Assembly: GCA_002269645.1 (NCBI GenBank)
Contig: NIVC01000004.1
Coordinates: 186,001-250,000 of the forward strand
DNA length: 64,000 bases
DNA from: Macrostomum lignano
Lineage: Eukaryota
Direction of reading: 5' to 3'
The position numbers and the translations under genes were made by a program. The notes under the pieces were generated by a model, which did not search any database, had not been told where the DNA came from, and was given only the letters and a program-made list of their open reading frames with translations. Position 1 is the first letter of the stretch, and the number at the start of each line of letters is the position of its first letter. This document shows positions 34,292 to 44,911 of the stretch, piece after piece.

Positions 34292-34951
34292 GCCGGGGAA
34301 TGCCGGACCGCTGACGAACTAAATTTAGCTGCTTATCTGTTTTAGTAAAAAAGCTAACCCACACGAGCTCATTAGAATACCTGATTAGTTAAAAGTGACG
34401 GAGGGGCCTGCAAAGAGCTGCAAATTTGCGTTCACGGGGGGCGTTCTTGTCTGTCCAGAGCAAAAATTTAACCAACCTGTCAATATCGACTAACCTACTT
34501 CTAAATGTACTTACTGTACTCAACTCCCAGCTGTGTGGGCTGCTTTACTTTCCCAAAGATTAACTAATAGAAACTCAAACGTCTGTTCTGCTAGTGAATG
34601 TTATTTTTTTATTAACCCTTCGTCAGGCTTCAGTTGAATCAAAGTAAAAAAAAAGCTATTAACATCAGCGCTCACGAGCGCGCACGTATCTGGAATTCAA
34701 AAGGTGCTCTTCAGAAACTGATTTCTACATCTACCAGAATACAGTAATTAGCGGCTCATAATACACTAACATTTTATGTAGCTCGTCGATTGCTAAGATA
34801 TTGTATTGGCAACAAAAACGTAACATGTGCTCATCTCTCTACTCACACAGTAAGAAAACGTTAAAAAATTTTTATTCCGGCGGGGATATTTCTAGCCGTT
34901 TCCCCATAAAAAACAAAGGAACTTGCCAGATTGCCACTGCAAAAAATATTT

Positions 34952-35035
34952 TGTCAGAAGTGGGATTCGAACCCACGCCCTCAGAAGAGGACTGCGACCT
35001 GAACGCAGCGCCTTAGACCACTCGGCCATCCTGAC
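34952..35035 (-). tRNA. trnL-CAG: tRNA-Leu(CAG), intronless, long variable arm
   Basis: Minus strand reads GTCAGGATGGCCGAGTGGTCTAAGGCGCTGCGTTCAGGTCGCAG...GGGTTCGAATCCCACTTCTGACA. Anticodon stem CTGCG/CGCAG around TTCAGGT; A and B boxes present; T6 Pol III terminator at 34946-34941. Confidence 0.97.
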
Positions 35036-35668
35036 TTGAGTATTAAGGCTGGAGCTGAGTGCTTATGAAAATTACACTAGAGAATGCTTTGCAAAGATAA
35101 GAGATTGCCGTCAACCAGCCGATAGGCAGCTACCCAAAATTAGGCTAATCGATCTATTTTTAGCTGGCCACACAATTATGTACGCAACTGCATGGAACAT
35201 GTAGTATTTACATGTAGACTTCGAAATTCCACATTTATTAACTATTAACTACTAAATTAACTATTATTTGTGAGTTTAAAAACAACTGTTTTTGAGAACA
35301 CCTAGGTACACGGTAATTAAAAATTAATTTTAAATGACAAATTTTAAGTAAGTTTTGTAGTTCACATGTAGATGTAATTATGCATCATCTAATAATGAAA
35401 TTTTATATATCGTTTAAAAACCAAAAGAGTGACCAATGAAATGTTCAAATAACTACAAGTGTATACAAGGTTACAGTTTACTTTATAAGATTACCAACAG
35501 CATTTTTCGATAGAAAAACAAGCTATAAGTTATAAAAAATAATTGGCTCGGGCACAAAAATGGAATAAAAATCTTGGACGAAAATTCTTTTATATACTTT
35601 ATTTTATATTAATGCTGCAAGTTCTTTCAACTTTGCAATTGAAAAAAAATTTTTTATGCTGCTGAGTC

Positions 35669-36700
35669 ATGTCACACGATTCTCTGACGGTAAGAGAACT
35701 GCGCATGGCATTGCGTGCTAAAGGCTTGCAAACCGTAGGCAACAAGCGCACCCTATTGGAGAGACTTCTGCAGTCTCAAGGCTCAGTGGACACGGGACCC
35801 ATCGATGAATCGGACACCAGCAATCCATCGAGAAGGCGAGGGCCCGACGACGGGACGGCGGCGGTCGGCGGCGGCGAGGCGGCAGGAGGGACCCACGGTA
35901 CTGGCGACCTGGACCGGGACCTGCGGGAGGCAGAGAAGCAGCTGCGCTTGCTGACAATTCGTCGGGACCAAGCGCGCCTGGAAGCCGAGATCCGTCAGCT
36001 GGACCGCCGTGCCGATGAGCCGCAGCGGCGACCTGCAAATGCCTCAGTGCCCGGTGAGTACTCAAGCCTTGAGGATTTAGTGCTGGGACCTACTGTCAGA
36101 GTGCCGGATGAGGTGCAGCAGGCGGGGCAGCAGCACCCGAATGCGTACCGGGTGCCGGAGTTCATCAGCGCTCGCGAGCGGCTGGCGCTGAACAAGTCAA
36201 GTCAAGCCAGCAAGCAGGCCGCCCTGGACAGCCTCTCGGTTGGCGACTGGATCACCGGAAACGCCAACGCGCTGATGCAGATGCTGAAGGACGGCAGACT
36301 CCTCGTCCTCCGTGATGGCGCTATCGACATGTCGGAGCTGCTGGAGTACCTGAAGCACACGGCAAAAATTGGCGACCTCCTCGATCTCGGATTCGACCGC
36401 GGCCGCGTTTTGCGCTATGATGATGAGTACAGAGCGCAGCAGGCTGAGGCCGGCGCCTGGGACAGCTCGGTGACCGACCTGGGTCTGGTGGCGGCACACC
36501 TGATGGCTCCGAATCTTCAACTGCAGGCCGGCTCAGCGGGCAGGTCATCAGCAAAGCGACCGGTCTGCTTCGACTTCAACAAGGTGTCCGGCTGCCAGCG
36601 CAACCCGTGTCGTTTCGCACACAGTTGTAGGCGCTGCGGCCAGGCGCACTCGGAGGCCTCCTTCCACAGAGCGGAGGGCGGCCAGGCGGCAAAAAACTGA
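35669..36700 (+). CDS. gag: Retrotransposon Gag-like protein (SAP domain, coiled coil, C-terminal Cys/His zinc finger), 343 aa
   Basis: SAP consensus LTVRELRMALRAKGLQTVGNKRTLLERL; C-terminal CFDFNKVSGCQRNPCRFAHSCRRCGQAH. Confidence 0.85.
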   Translation: MSHDSLTVRELRMALRAKGLQTVGNKRTLLERLLQSQGSVDTGPIDESDTSNPSRRRGPDDGTAAVGGGEAAGGTHGTGDLDRDLREAEKQLRLLTIRRDQARLEAEIRQLDRRADEPQRRPANASVPGEYSSLEDLVLGPTVRVPDEVQQAGQQHPNAYRVPEFISARERLALNKSSQASKQAALDSLSVGDWITGNANALMQMLKDGRLLVLRDGAIDMSELLEYLKHTAKIGDLLDLGFDRGRVLRYDDEYRAQQAEAGAWDSSVTDLGLVAAHLMAPNLQLQAGSAGRSSAKRPVCFDFNKVSGCQRNPCRFAHSCRRCGQAHSEASFHRAEGGQAAKN

Positions 36701-36772
36701 TGGACGGGGTTCAGCGGCAGGGGTCTCTTAACATCGAGTCGCCCGCCCCTGCCGCTGCTTCTGTCGAACCCC
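36691..36772 (+). promoter_or_regulatory. Putative -1 programmed ribosomal frameshift signal between gag and pol
   Basis: Slippery heptamer A_AAA_AAC (36691-36697) in the gag frame; 8-nt spacer; stems 36706-36712/36766-36772 (7 bp) and 36713-36723/36746-36756 (11 bp). The -1 frame is the RT frame. Confidence 0.75.
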
Positions 36773-38672
36773 AAAAGGAGGGCGACTCAAGCGGGACCCT
36801 CTCCACCGACTTGCGCCTTGAAGCCTGGCGCCTCGAGCTGGCCGACACGGAGATGCCAACGAAGCTCGCGCAGTTCGTTTTGAGCGGTGTGAAGGACGGT
36901 TTCCGCATCAGGAACGTCAGCAGTCCGGTGGACTCTGTCGAGCAGGAGAACTACGGCTCCATCAATCAGCATCGAGTCGAGGTTCAGGCCCAAGTCCGCC
37001 GGGAACTGCAAGCTGGAAGATATCGCGTTAGCGCCAAGCCGACTATTGTGAGCGCGCTGGGCGCCATTCCGAAGTCCGGGGGCGGCATCCGGCTCATCCA
37101 TGACTGCAGCCAGCCCCAGGGTCGGGCCGTCAATGATTTGTTTGCTTGCCAGCAGAAGCTTCGGTTTTCTTCGGCGGCTGCCTTTGCCAGGAAGCTGCGC
37201 CAGGACATGTACATGTGTAAAGTCGACCTGAGCCAGGCCTACCGGTCTTGCGGCATTCACCCGGACGACCACTGCCTCACCGGTCTGAAGTTCACGTTCG
37301 AGGGCGAGGCGGAGCCGACCTACATGGTGGACACCCGGCTGCCGTTCGGAGCGGCAGCATCCGTGAGCAGCTTTTTCCAGATCAGCAACGCCATTCGGTT
37401 TATGATGCTCAAGCGCAGGTTCTTCAACTTCGAGGTCTACATGGACGACTTCGGCTTCGCGGGTTCGCTGACTGAGTGCTGGCGCTTTTACAACAAGCTG
37501 ACGCAGCTGCTGCAGAGCCTGGGCCTGACTGTCAACTGGAAGAAGTGCGTGCAGCCGACGCAGGAGATGTGCTTCCTGGGCATTCAGTTCAACACGCAGT
37601 CGGGGCTGATGAGTCTGCCAGAGACGAAGGTCGAGGAGCTGCAGGCCTGCCTTGACCTCTGCTGCACAAAGCGGCGGATCTCCAAGCACGAGTTGCAGAA
37701 GCTGGTGGGCAGGCTCAACTGGGCCTGTCAGGTGGTCTGCAACGGCCGGCCGTTTCTGCGAGACCTGATCGACCGCGTCAACGACTTGTCGAGCCCGAAG
37801 GATCGGCTGTTGGTGGATGGCCAGTTCAAGAGCGTCCTGAGCTGGTGGAAAGTTGCTCTGCGGCAGCAGCCAGGTCGCGAGCTCTGGCCTGCTGCCAGGA
37901 GGCCGGTTGCCATGGAGACGGACGCCTGTCTGGTGGGGCAGCGGCTGTTCTGAGAGATCCGGCTGGTTCTGACTGGTGCTATCTGCAGTGGGAAGTCGAC
38001 GCTGGGAGCGAGTTCAGCGATTGCTGCATCAACTACAAGGAGGCTGCCGCGGTGCTGCTGGCGTTGCTGCACTGGCGCCGTCAACTGCACAACTGCCGGA
38101 TCGCTGTCTACTGCGACAATGCTGCAGCCTGCGCGATTATCAACAAGGGGTCATCCAGGGAGCCCCGGCTGTTGCGGCTGCTGCAGACTGTTGCTCTGCT
38201 GTGCCTAAAGCAGAACATTGTGGTCACCGCCCACCATGTGCCCGGCCGGTTTCAGCTGTTTGCCGACGCCGCCTCCCGCCTGCATTGTCGGCAGGAGTTG
38301 CTGAATTTTCTGTTGCGAGCCTATGCAACCGCCTCTGTTTGCCCGCATGAATTTGCGGGACATGCGCTTAGCCCTGCCTCCGCCGCCTTTCTTTTTTTAC
38401 AGGTCGCCTCCCTGGGTCTCTCGACGCTGCCGCCGCCAAACTGCTCCAGCAGGCCTACGCATCATCGTCCAAGAGGTCGCTGTCATCTGCTGTCCGCTCC
38501 TGGCAACGCTTCTGCCGAGAGCGGCGGCTCGACCCACTCGGCTGTCGGGCGGAGGATCTCGCAAACTACGTCGGCCAGCTCGTGGACGGCCGGCTCAGCT
38601 CCTTCGGCAGCGTCCGCGTGCATATCAGCGCTCTGTCCGCCAGTTTCCGACTGGCGGGAGTGCCGGACCTGA
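36700..38672 (+). CDS. pol: Reverse transcriptase-RNase H (pol), interrupted by a 1-nt deficit in a G run at 37935-37938
   Basis: RT motifs RLIHDCS, KVDLSQAY, RLPFG and YMDDF in ORF 36700..37953. RNase H TDA is in the RT frame; INYKE, YCDN and ADAASR continue in ORF 37845..38672. One extra G gives METDACLVGAAAVL. Confidence 0.88.
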
Positions 38673-39379
38673 CCAGGCACCCGCTGCTGCACCTGGTTCT
38701 GCGGGGAGCCAAGCGCGAGCTGGGGTCGGAGCCGAGTCGCAAGCTGCCGGTGTCGCCAGACCTTTTGTCGAGACTGCGGCTGCAAGTCGACAGCTCGAAT
38801 CCTGTGCAGGCGGCCTGCTGGGCTGCGGTCATGTGCGCTTGGTGGGGGATGTTCAGGAAGTCCAGCCTGCTGCCGCGAGGGCGCGCCGATCCGCCAGTGC
38901 TGCGACTGAGCTCGCTGGCAAGATGCCCCGAAGGCCTGCTTCTGACGTCCAGCTTCGGGAAGACCAACCAGTACGGTCGGACGCATCGCGTGCTGCTGCC
39001 AGAGTTGACTTCGGGCCACCCGCTCTGTCCAGTGGCGGCACTGCGAGGCCACCTGCGCTGCAACCGGCTGAAGCGGCGGCAGCAGGGCCTGTTTTCATTC
39101 AGCAGTGGATCGTCCGGTCACGCATCTCTGACGTCCCGGAGGCTCGATGTACAGTTCAGGTCGTGGCTCGGCAAGGCGGGAGTGCCGGCGGCCGGGTTTT
39201 CTGTGCATAGCCTGCGGCGAGGCGCCGCCACCTGGGCGGCCCGGTGCGGCCTGTCAGTGCGGGAGATCCAGTGCGTGGGTGACTGGCGCAGCGACGCAGT
39301 GAGCGTCTACCTGTCCCGCGATGACACGGCTCTGCGTGCGGCGCGCAAGCTTGCTGTTGCGGCGCTTGACCAAACCTGA
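38403..39379 (+). CDS. Tyrosine recombinase (integrase) of the retrotransposon; no in-frame ATG for its N-terminal domain, probably expressed by splicing from gag
   Basis: The frame is open from 38372. N-terminal core-binding region AYASSSKRSLSSAVRSWQRFC; catalytic R (FRKSS), K (KTNQ), HSLRRG, GDWRS and VYL all intact. Acceptor TTTCTTTTTTTACAG ends at 38402. Confidence 0.88.
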
Positions 39380-40545
39380 CGTGTTTCGCGGTTTTTTTTG
39401 AAGAAAGGTTTTGGGCTCCTTTTTTGTTTGCTTGTCCGCTTTTGCTTGCCTCTGCTTGGTCTGCTTTTGCTCTAGTCTGTTTTCTTGCTGCTTTTGGTGT
39501 TGGGGGGAGTGCATGGCAGCCTTCCCTGTCCTCCTCGCTGTTCCTGCGCCATTTGCTGCTCTTGAGCTTGCTGCGTTCGTCTTCTGGGGTGGGCAGTGGG
39601 CACTAATGGCTAGTTTGCGCGGGCTGCGCTAACTGGCGTTTGTGTACGCTGCCCACCCCTGCCCCTCCCCCGCGGCTTTCCCCCACCCCGGTGTTGGGGG
39701 GGGGGGGTTGCGTGGCGGGGGTTTTATACCCCGCGGTTGGCTCTTTGGCCTCGCTGTCGCATTGCAATTGAAAAAAAAATTTTTTTTCGTATCCTGTCAC
39801 TCTTTTAATCCTGCTTTGATCCGTTCTAACTGTTGTCAATAATGCTTGAATATTTTCTCGTAATCGGTCTGAAATATACGGGGGGGAGTGCATGGCAGCC
39901 TTCCCTGTCCTCCTCGCTGTTCCTGCGCCATTTGCTGCTCTTGAGCTTGCTGCGTTCGTCTTCTGGGGTGGGCAGTGGGCACTAATGAAATTTTATATAT
40001 CGTTTAAAAACCAAAAGAGTGACCAATGAAATGTTCAAATAACTACAGGTGTATACAAGGTTACAGTTTACTTTATAAGATTACCAACAGCATTTTTCGA
40101 TAGAAAAACAAGCTATAAGTTATAAAAAATAATTGGCTCGGGCACAAAAATGGAATAAAAATCTTGGACGAAAATTCTTTTATATACTTTATTTTATATT
40201 AATGCTGCAAGTTCTTTCCGCATTGACTAGAGGGTTATACGAATTGACTCAACCAGATAAATTCATTAATATCAAAATTATTTGCAAAGGAGCGTAAAAT
40301 GCTTGTTTAGTGAAATAATAACAAAATACTTATTTAATTAACTCATTATATTACTAAATCTGTTTAAGATAACAAATTATTGAACGTTAAATATAGTTAA
40401 TAATAGTTCCACTTCTTTTACAGCCTTTAAAAGCACATTGTCTTTTAGAGTCGTCTACGTTTTTCGAATTCCCCTGAGCAACAAACTTTTATTGCTGCTC
40501 GAATCAAATTGTCACCTTGTCATGTAAATAGTTCCATGCAATAAA

Positions 40546-43500
40546 ATGCCAAAAAGCAAGACGAGCGTATCGACCCGTCAGCTAACGCTGACATCCCAAT
40601 CATTGTGAGTACAGTTTTCTTTCTATCTGTCTTGAACTACTCATATATAACAAAATTTCTGGCTTTTAAATTCTAATATTTACTCTCCTACTAGTCTCCT
40701 AGTCCTATCTATGAATACCTTAAACCATTCTATCTCTTTGACTGTCTGTTTTGGATGAATCGCCTGCGTATAAAAAGGTTTATTTTAAAAAAAATACCTA
40801 TTGTAAAGGAGAAAACTATTTTTGACAATGAAGTTCTATTAGCTTTTGTATTTTAGATTATTATTAAGTTTACTTTACTGTAAGACGCGATATGTCATAT
40901 GATATCAGCCACATGATGTCACATAATTTCCTCAAGTAGAATTTCTAAAATACTATGACACTATGAATTTTATCATTTTTCTTTTTTATCATGGATCCAA
41001 CAAAATACAACAGTCCCGAAATACAGGTTATGGAGTAGTACCAATCAGGTAAGTATATATATTTAAAGCCAAGTTAAAATCAATTTATAAGTTAATTTTG
41101 AGAATTCTGCATAAAAATACATATGTGTTTTTGCATTCAAAATGATCTAATGGTCAAAATATTCTAAATATGATATTTTTGCTAAAAAATACCCTTCATA
41201 CTCAGGGGCTCCCTCGCCGCCGAGGCGCACGATGACGACTGCAGTTCGAACTCGTCCGACACCTGCACGGAGGTGGACGCCGACTACGAGAATCTGATGT
41301 CCCGCATCCGCCAGCAGAACGAGGAGATCCGGCAGCTTCAATCGGAGAACAAGCAGCTGGCGGAGGAGTTGGACCAGGAGCGCAGCCTGGGCTCCAAGCA
41401 GCTGCAGGAACTGGAGGCCGCCTCCAAGCTGGGTCAGTGGCGGATGAGGGGGGCTGAGGACCTCTGAACCCCCAATAGACATATAATGTTGGTTGTTTGA
41501 ATGGGGGGGGGTAACTTTAAAGTGCTACGCGTCCTTTCACTACCAAGTGAAATCAGTTTTTCAATCCAGCAGCTGTGAAATCAAAGCCAATTCATTTTTT
41601 CCATTGGTCCCGACCTTCAATCGCAGACTGCCGGAAGACTTCAAGCGGTCAGACTAACACTTACTAACCACCTGCCCCGGTCTCGTAAGTGAAATTCTGC
41701 TTGCACTAACCAATAACAATGCTGCTTTTTTATTGCTTTTTATGCACACACACCGTAATGAACAGTCACTCAGAACTTTTTAAATACTATTTCTTAGAAT
41801 GCATCGCAGCAGAGATTTCGGCAGCGACTCTCTGCTTATTTGCTTTTGCTCGCTTTCCCATTGCAGCTGAGCGGCAGATCCAGGAGCTGTCGGCCGAGCT
41901 GGTCCGCTCCAGGGAGGCTGGCAAGCGGGCGCAGCACGGCTATGAGACCCGCGCCATCCGCATGCACGAGGAGACGCTGCGCGACCCGTTTGAAGAGCGG
42001 CGTCGGCTGGACATACGGCTGCAGCAGCTCGAGCTGGACGCCGACCGGATGAACTCCGACCTGCGCAGCTCGGCCGAGGAGCGGGCAAAGCAGCGGGAGG
42101 TCATCAGGCAGGCTGAGGCCGACCGGGACGCTGCGCAGGTGAGCTGGCCTGTCTTCTGTGTGTCACTGCCTGTCTTCTGTGTGTCACTGCCTGTCTTCTG
42201 TGTGTCACTGCCTGTCTTCTGTGTGTCACTGCCTGTCTTCTGTGTCACTGCCTGTTTTCTGTGTGTCACTGCCTGTTTTCTTTGTGTGCTGTCACTGTCG
42301 CATTTCACCGTTGCCATGGGGACGCCCAGCAAGAGCCGCAGTCCCACTTGTGTGCAGTTAATCCATCACCTCTCAAGCCTGAGCCTCTCTGCCCAAGATT
42401 AGGCTTTGAGAATGTTTACCAAAAATAGCCACCGGAATGCGGGCAGGCGATGAATCAAATGCGAGTTTAAATTCCTGCTGCGGCCACGGCTTTGTTGCTC
42501 AGAAATGAAGTCTTCTCCCGGCTAAGCAGATTTCCCTGCTAGATTGGAAAGGAGATTCCAATAAAAATATTTAAATGGCCGCCTTGAGTTTCTCCAAGAT
42601 TTTCAAGAAGTCAACTTCATTTGGCTTTGAGGATTGGCTGTCCTTTCGCAATTTTTTATTGCCTTCCTGGATATTCCAGGACTGCACTGGCTGTCCTGGG
42701 TATCTCAGACTCTGTCCTGGGTATCTCAGACTCTGTCCTGGGTATCTCAGACTCTGTCCTGGGTATCTCAGACTCTGTCCTGTGTATCTCAGACTCTGTC
42801 CTGTGTATCTCAGGCTCTATCCTGGGTATCTCAGGCTCTATCCTGAGTATCTCAGACTCTATCCTGGGCATCTCAGATTCTATCCTGGGTATCTCAGACT
42901 GCACTGGCTGTCCTGGGTATCTCAGACTCTATCCTGGGTATCTCAGACTCTATCCTGGGTATCTTAGACTCTATCCTGGGTATCTCAGACTCTATCCTGG
43001 GTATCTCAGACTCTATCCTGGGTATCTCAGACTCTATCCTGGGCATCTCAGATTCTATCCTGGATATCTCAGACTGCACTGGCTGTCCAGGGTATCTCAG
43101 ACTCTATCCTAGGTATCTCAGACTCTATCCTAGGTATCTCAGACTCTATCCTAGGTATCTCAGACTCTTTCCTGGGTATTTCCGACTCTATTCTATCCTG
43201 GGTATCTCTAACTGTCATAGGTATCTCAGACTGCACTGAGATCCTGGGTGTCTCAAACTGCACTGGCTGTCCAGGGTATCTCAGACTCTATCCTGGATAT
43301 CTCAAACTGCACTGGCTGTCCAGGGTATCTCAGACTATCCTTCTGGGTATCTCAGACTCAGGTTTAGGTAGTCTGGAATGCAATTCCACTAAGACAAGGA
43401 CTAGCGGGATTAAACAAAAAGTACATTTCACTAATTCGCACACTTCCAGTTCAATCAGCTTAACTTTGCTTCCCCTACCAGGTGGCTCCAGGATTTGAAA

Positions 43501-44911
43501 GCGGCAAGGAATTCTTGTGAGTGCGAAATTGCCAACAGCCTGGTCTGCAGGCTCCCCAGCTGCCAGCAATTCCGGGTGTTGGGAATGAAAAGCGGGGACT
43601 GCGGCTCTCCTTGGTTTTTATGGCTTTGTAGGAAATCAGAAAATTCAACCAGAATCACGTGACAGTCAAAATTTACCGCAATACTTTTTAGGTACTGACA
43701 GCTGCCCAGGACTCTCATTTCCTCACTTAACACAAAAGATAAAAAAGTTAAAAGTCTAGCAAAAACGGCCCTTTTCAGATATCATGCACAGCTGTGCATG
43801 TCCAAAACTGCTACTTGCAGTAGTTCGCACTCACCCCTACTGCATTGACCTCCTCCTCCAGAAGCTGTACGTGGCCAGCGAGCGCGACCGCACCAAGCTC
43901 AAGCAGCGCATCGGGGAGCTGAGCCGGCGGACCCGGCAGCAGGAGACTCAGTTGAGCGCGGCGGCACAGGACTGGCTGAAGAAGAACCGCCAGCTGGGCG
44001 TCATGCGGGAGGACGTGCGCTGGAAGAAGGTTGGAAAATTTCCGGGATGCAATTTCGGATGCTTTGGTGGGCGAGCGTGAGGATGCGGAGTGTCTGTGGG
44101 AAAGGATGCGGAGTGTCTGTGGGAAAGGATGCGGAGTGTCTGTGGGAAAGGATGCGGAGTGTCTGTGGGTGAGGATGCGGAGTGTCTGTGGGTGAGGATG
44201 CGGAGTGTCTGTGGGTGAGGATGCGGAGTGTCTGTGGGTGAGGATGCGGAGTGTCTGTGGGTGAGGATGCGGAGTGTCTGTGGGTGAGGATGCGGAGTGT
44301 CTGTGGGTGAGGATGCGGAGTGTCTGTGGGAAAGGATGCAGAGTGTCTGTGGGTGAGGATGCGGAGTGTCTGTGGGTGAGGATGCGGAGTGTCTGTGGGT
44401 GAGGATGCGGAATGTCTGTGGGTGAGGATGCGGAGTATCTGTAGGTGTCTGTGGGAAAGGATGCGGAGTGTTTGTGGGTGTCTGTGGAAAAGGATGCGGA
44501 GTGTTTGTGGGTGTCTGTGGAAAAGGATGCGGAGTGTTTGTGGGTGTCTGTGGGAAAGGATACGGAGTGTTCAAAGGAAAGAGTTTTCTATTGCCCTGCT
44601 CTGAGCCCGAAGGTCCCAGTGCGCGTGTTTTCTCCGCACCTACAGCCACCCACAAATCCCATCTTGATGCTTTCCCTCTTGCTCAGATTGAGTCCCGCGT
44701 GACCCACAAGCTGGACATGGGCAGCACGGCCACCTACGAGCTGCCGAAGGCGGCCTACCTGCCCAAGCGGCTCGCCCAGTCGCTGAAAGAAGACGGTGGA
44801 GGCGGAGGCGGGGGCAGCGGCTCGCAGAAGCGGAGCGATTCTCCTCAGCGATCCCCGCCAAAGTCGAGCAGCGGCGCCAGGAAGGACGGCCGGAAAAGCA
44901 CGGCAGCATAG
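40546..44911 (+). CDS. Coiled-coil protein of unknown identity (~316 aa model)
   Basis: Exons 41206-41432, 41867-42138, 43862-44029 and 44687-44911 join in frame and are heptad-rich. The first exon 40546-40604 is only a phase-compatible candidate, and extra exons in 42139-43861 cannot be excluded. Confidence 0.55.
42147..42297. repeat. 21-bp intronic minisatellite
   Basis: Unit CTGCCTGTCTTCTGTGTGTCA, starting ~8 bp after the donor at 42139. Confidence 0.9.
42680..43350. repeat. 21-bp intronic minisatellite with recurring variant blocks
   Basis: Unit TATCTCAGACTCTATCCTGGG; the variant CTGCACTGGCTGTCC recurs periodically. Confidence 0.92.
44077..44570. repeat. 23-bp intronic minisatellite (same family as 46776-47047)
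   Basis: Unit GTGAGGATGCGGAGTGTCTGTGG. Confidence 0.93.

Larger units (their letters stand above)
35393..40218 (+). mobile_element. Tyrosine-recombinase retrotransposon (DIRS order, direct-repeat Ngaro/PAT-like type), near intact
   Basis: gag, RT, RNase H and YR in DIRS-order arrangement. Direct repeats: 236 bp (35393-35628 and 39983-40218, 1 mismatch), 107 bp (39502-39608 and 39881-39987) and ~23 bp (35633-35655 and 39762-39787). Whether the 236-bp repeat is element or host DNA is unresolved. Confidence 0.9.

Noticed and set aside
38582-39379. ORF-track start of the recombinase at GTG 38582
   Set aside because: It would omit most of the core-binding domain encoded in frame from 38403; the splice model explains the sequence better.
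35629-39990. DIRS1-type inverted terminal repeats and internal complementary region
   Set aside because: I found only direct repeats; the A8T6/A9T8 runs are short local palindromes.
28691-40218. Composite element in which two tyrosine recombinases carry the TRP and tRNA genes as cargo
   Set aside because: The two YRs belong to unrelated classes, no shared termini bracket the interval, and the retrotransposon has its own repeats; proximity is probably coincidental.
40963-41048. Alternative first exon for the coiled-coil gene ending at CAG|GTAAGT
   Set aside because: Phase-compatible, but it cannot be distinguished from the 40546-40604 candidate without transcripts; left unannotated.
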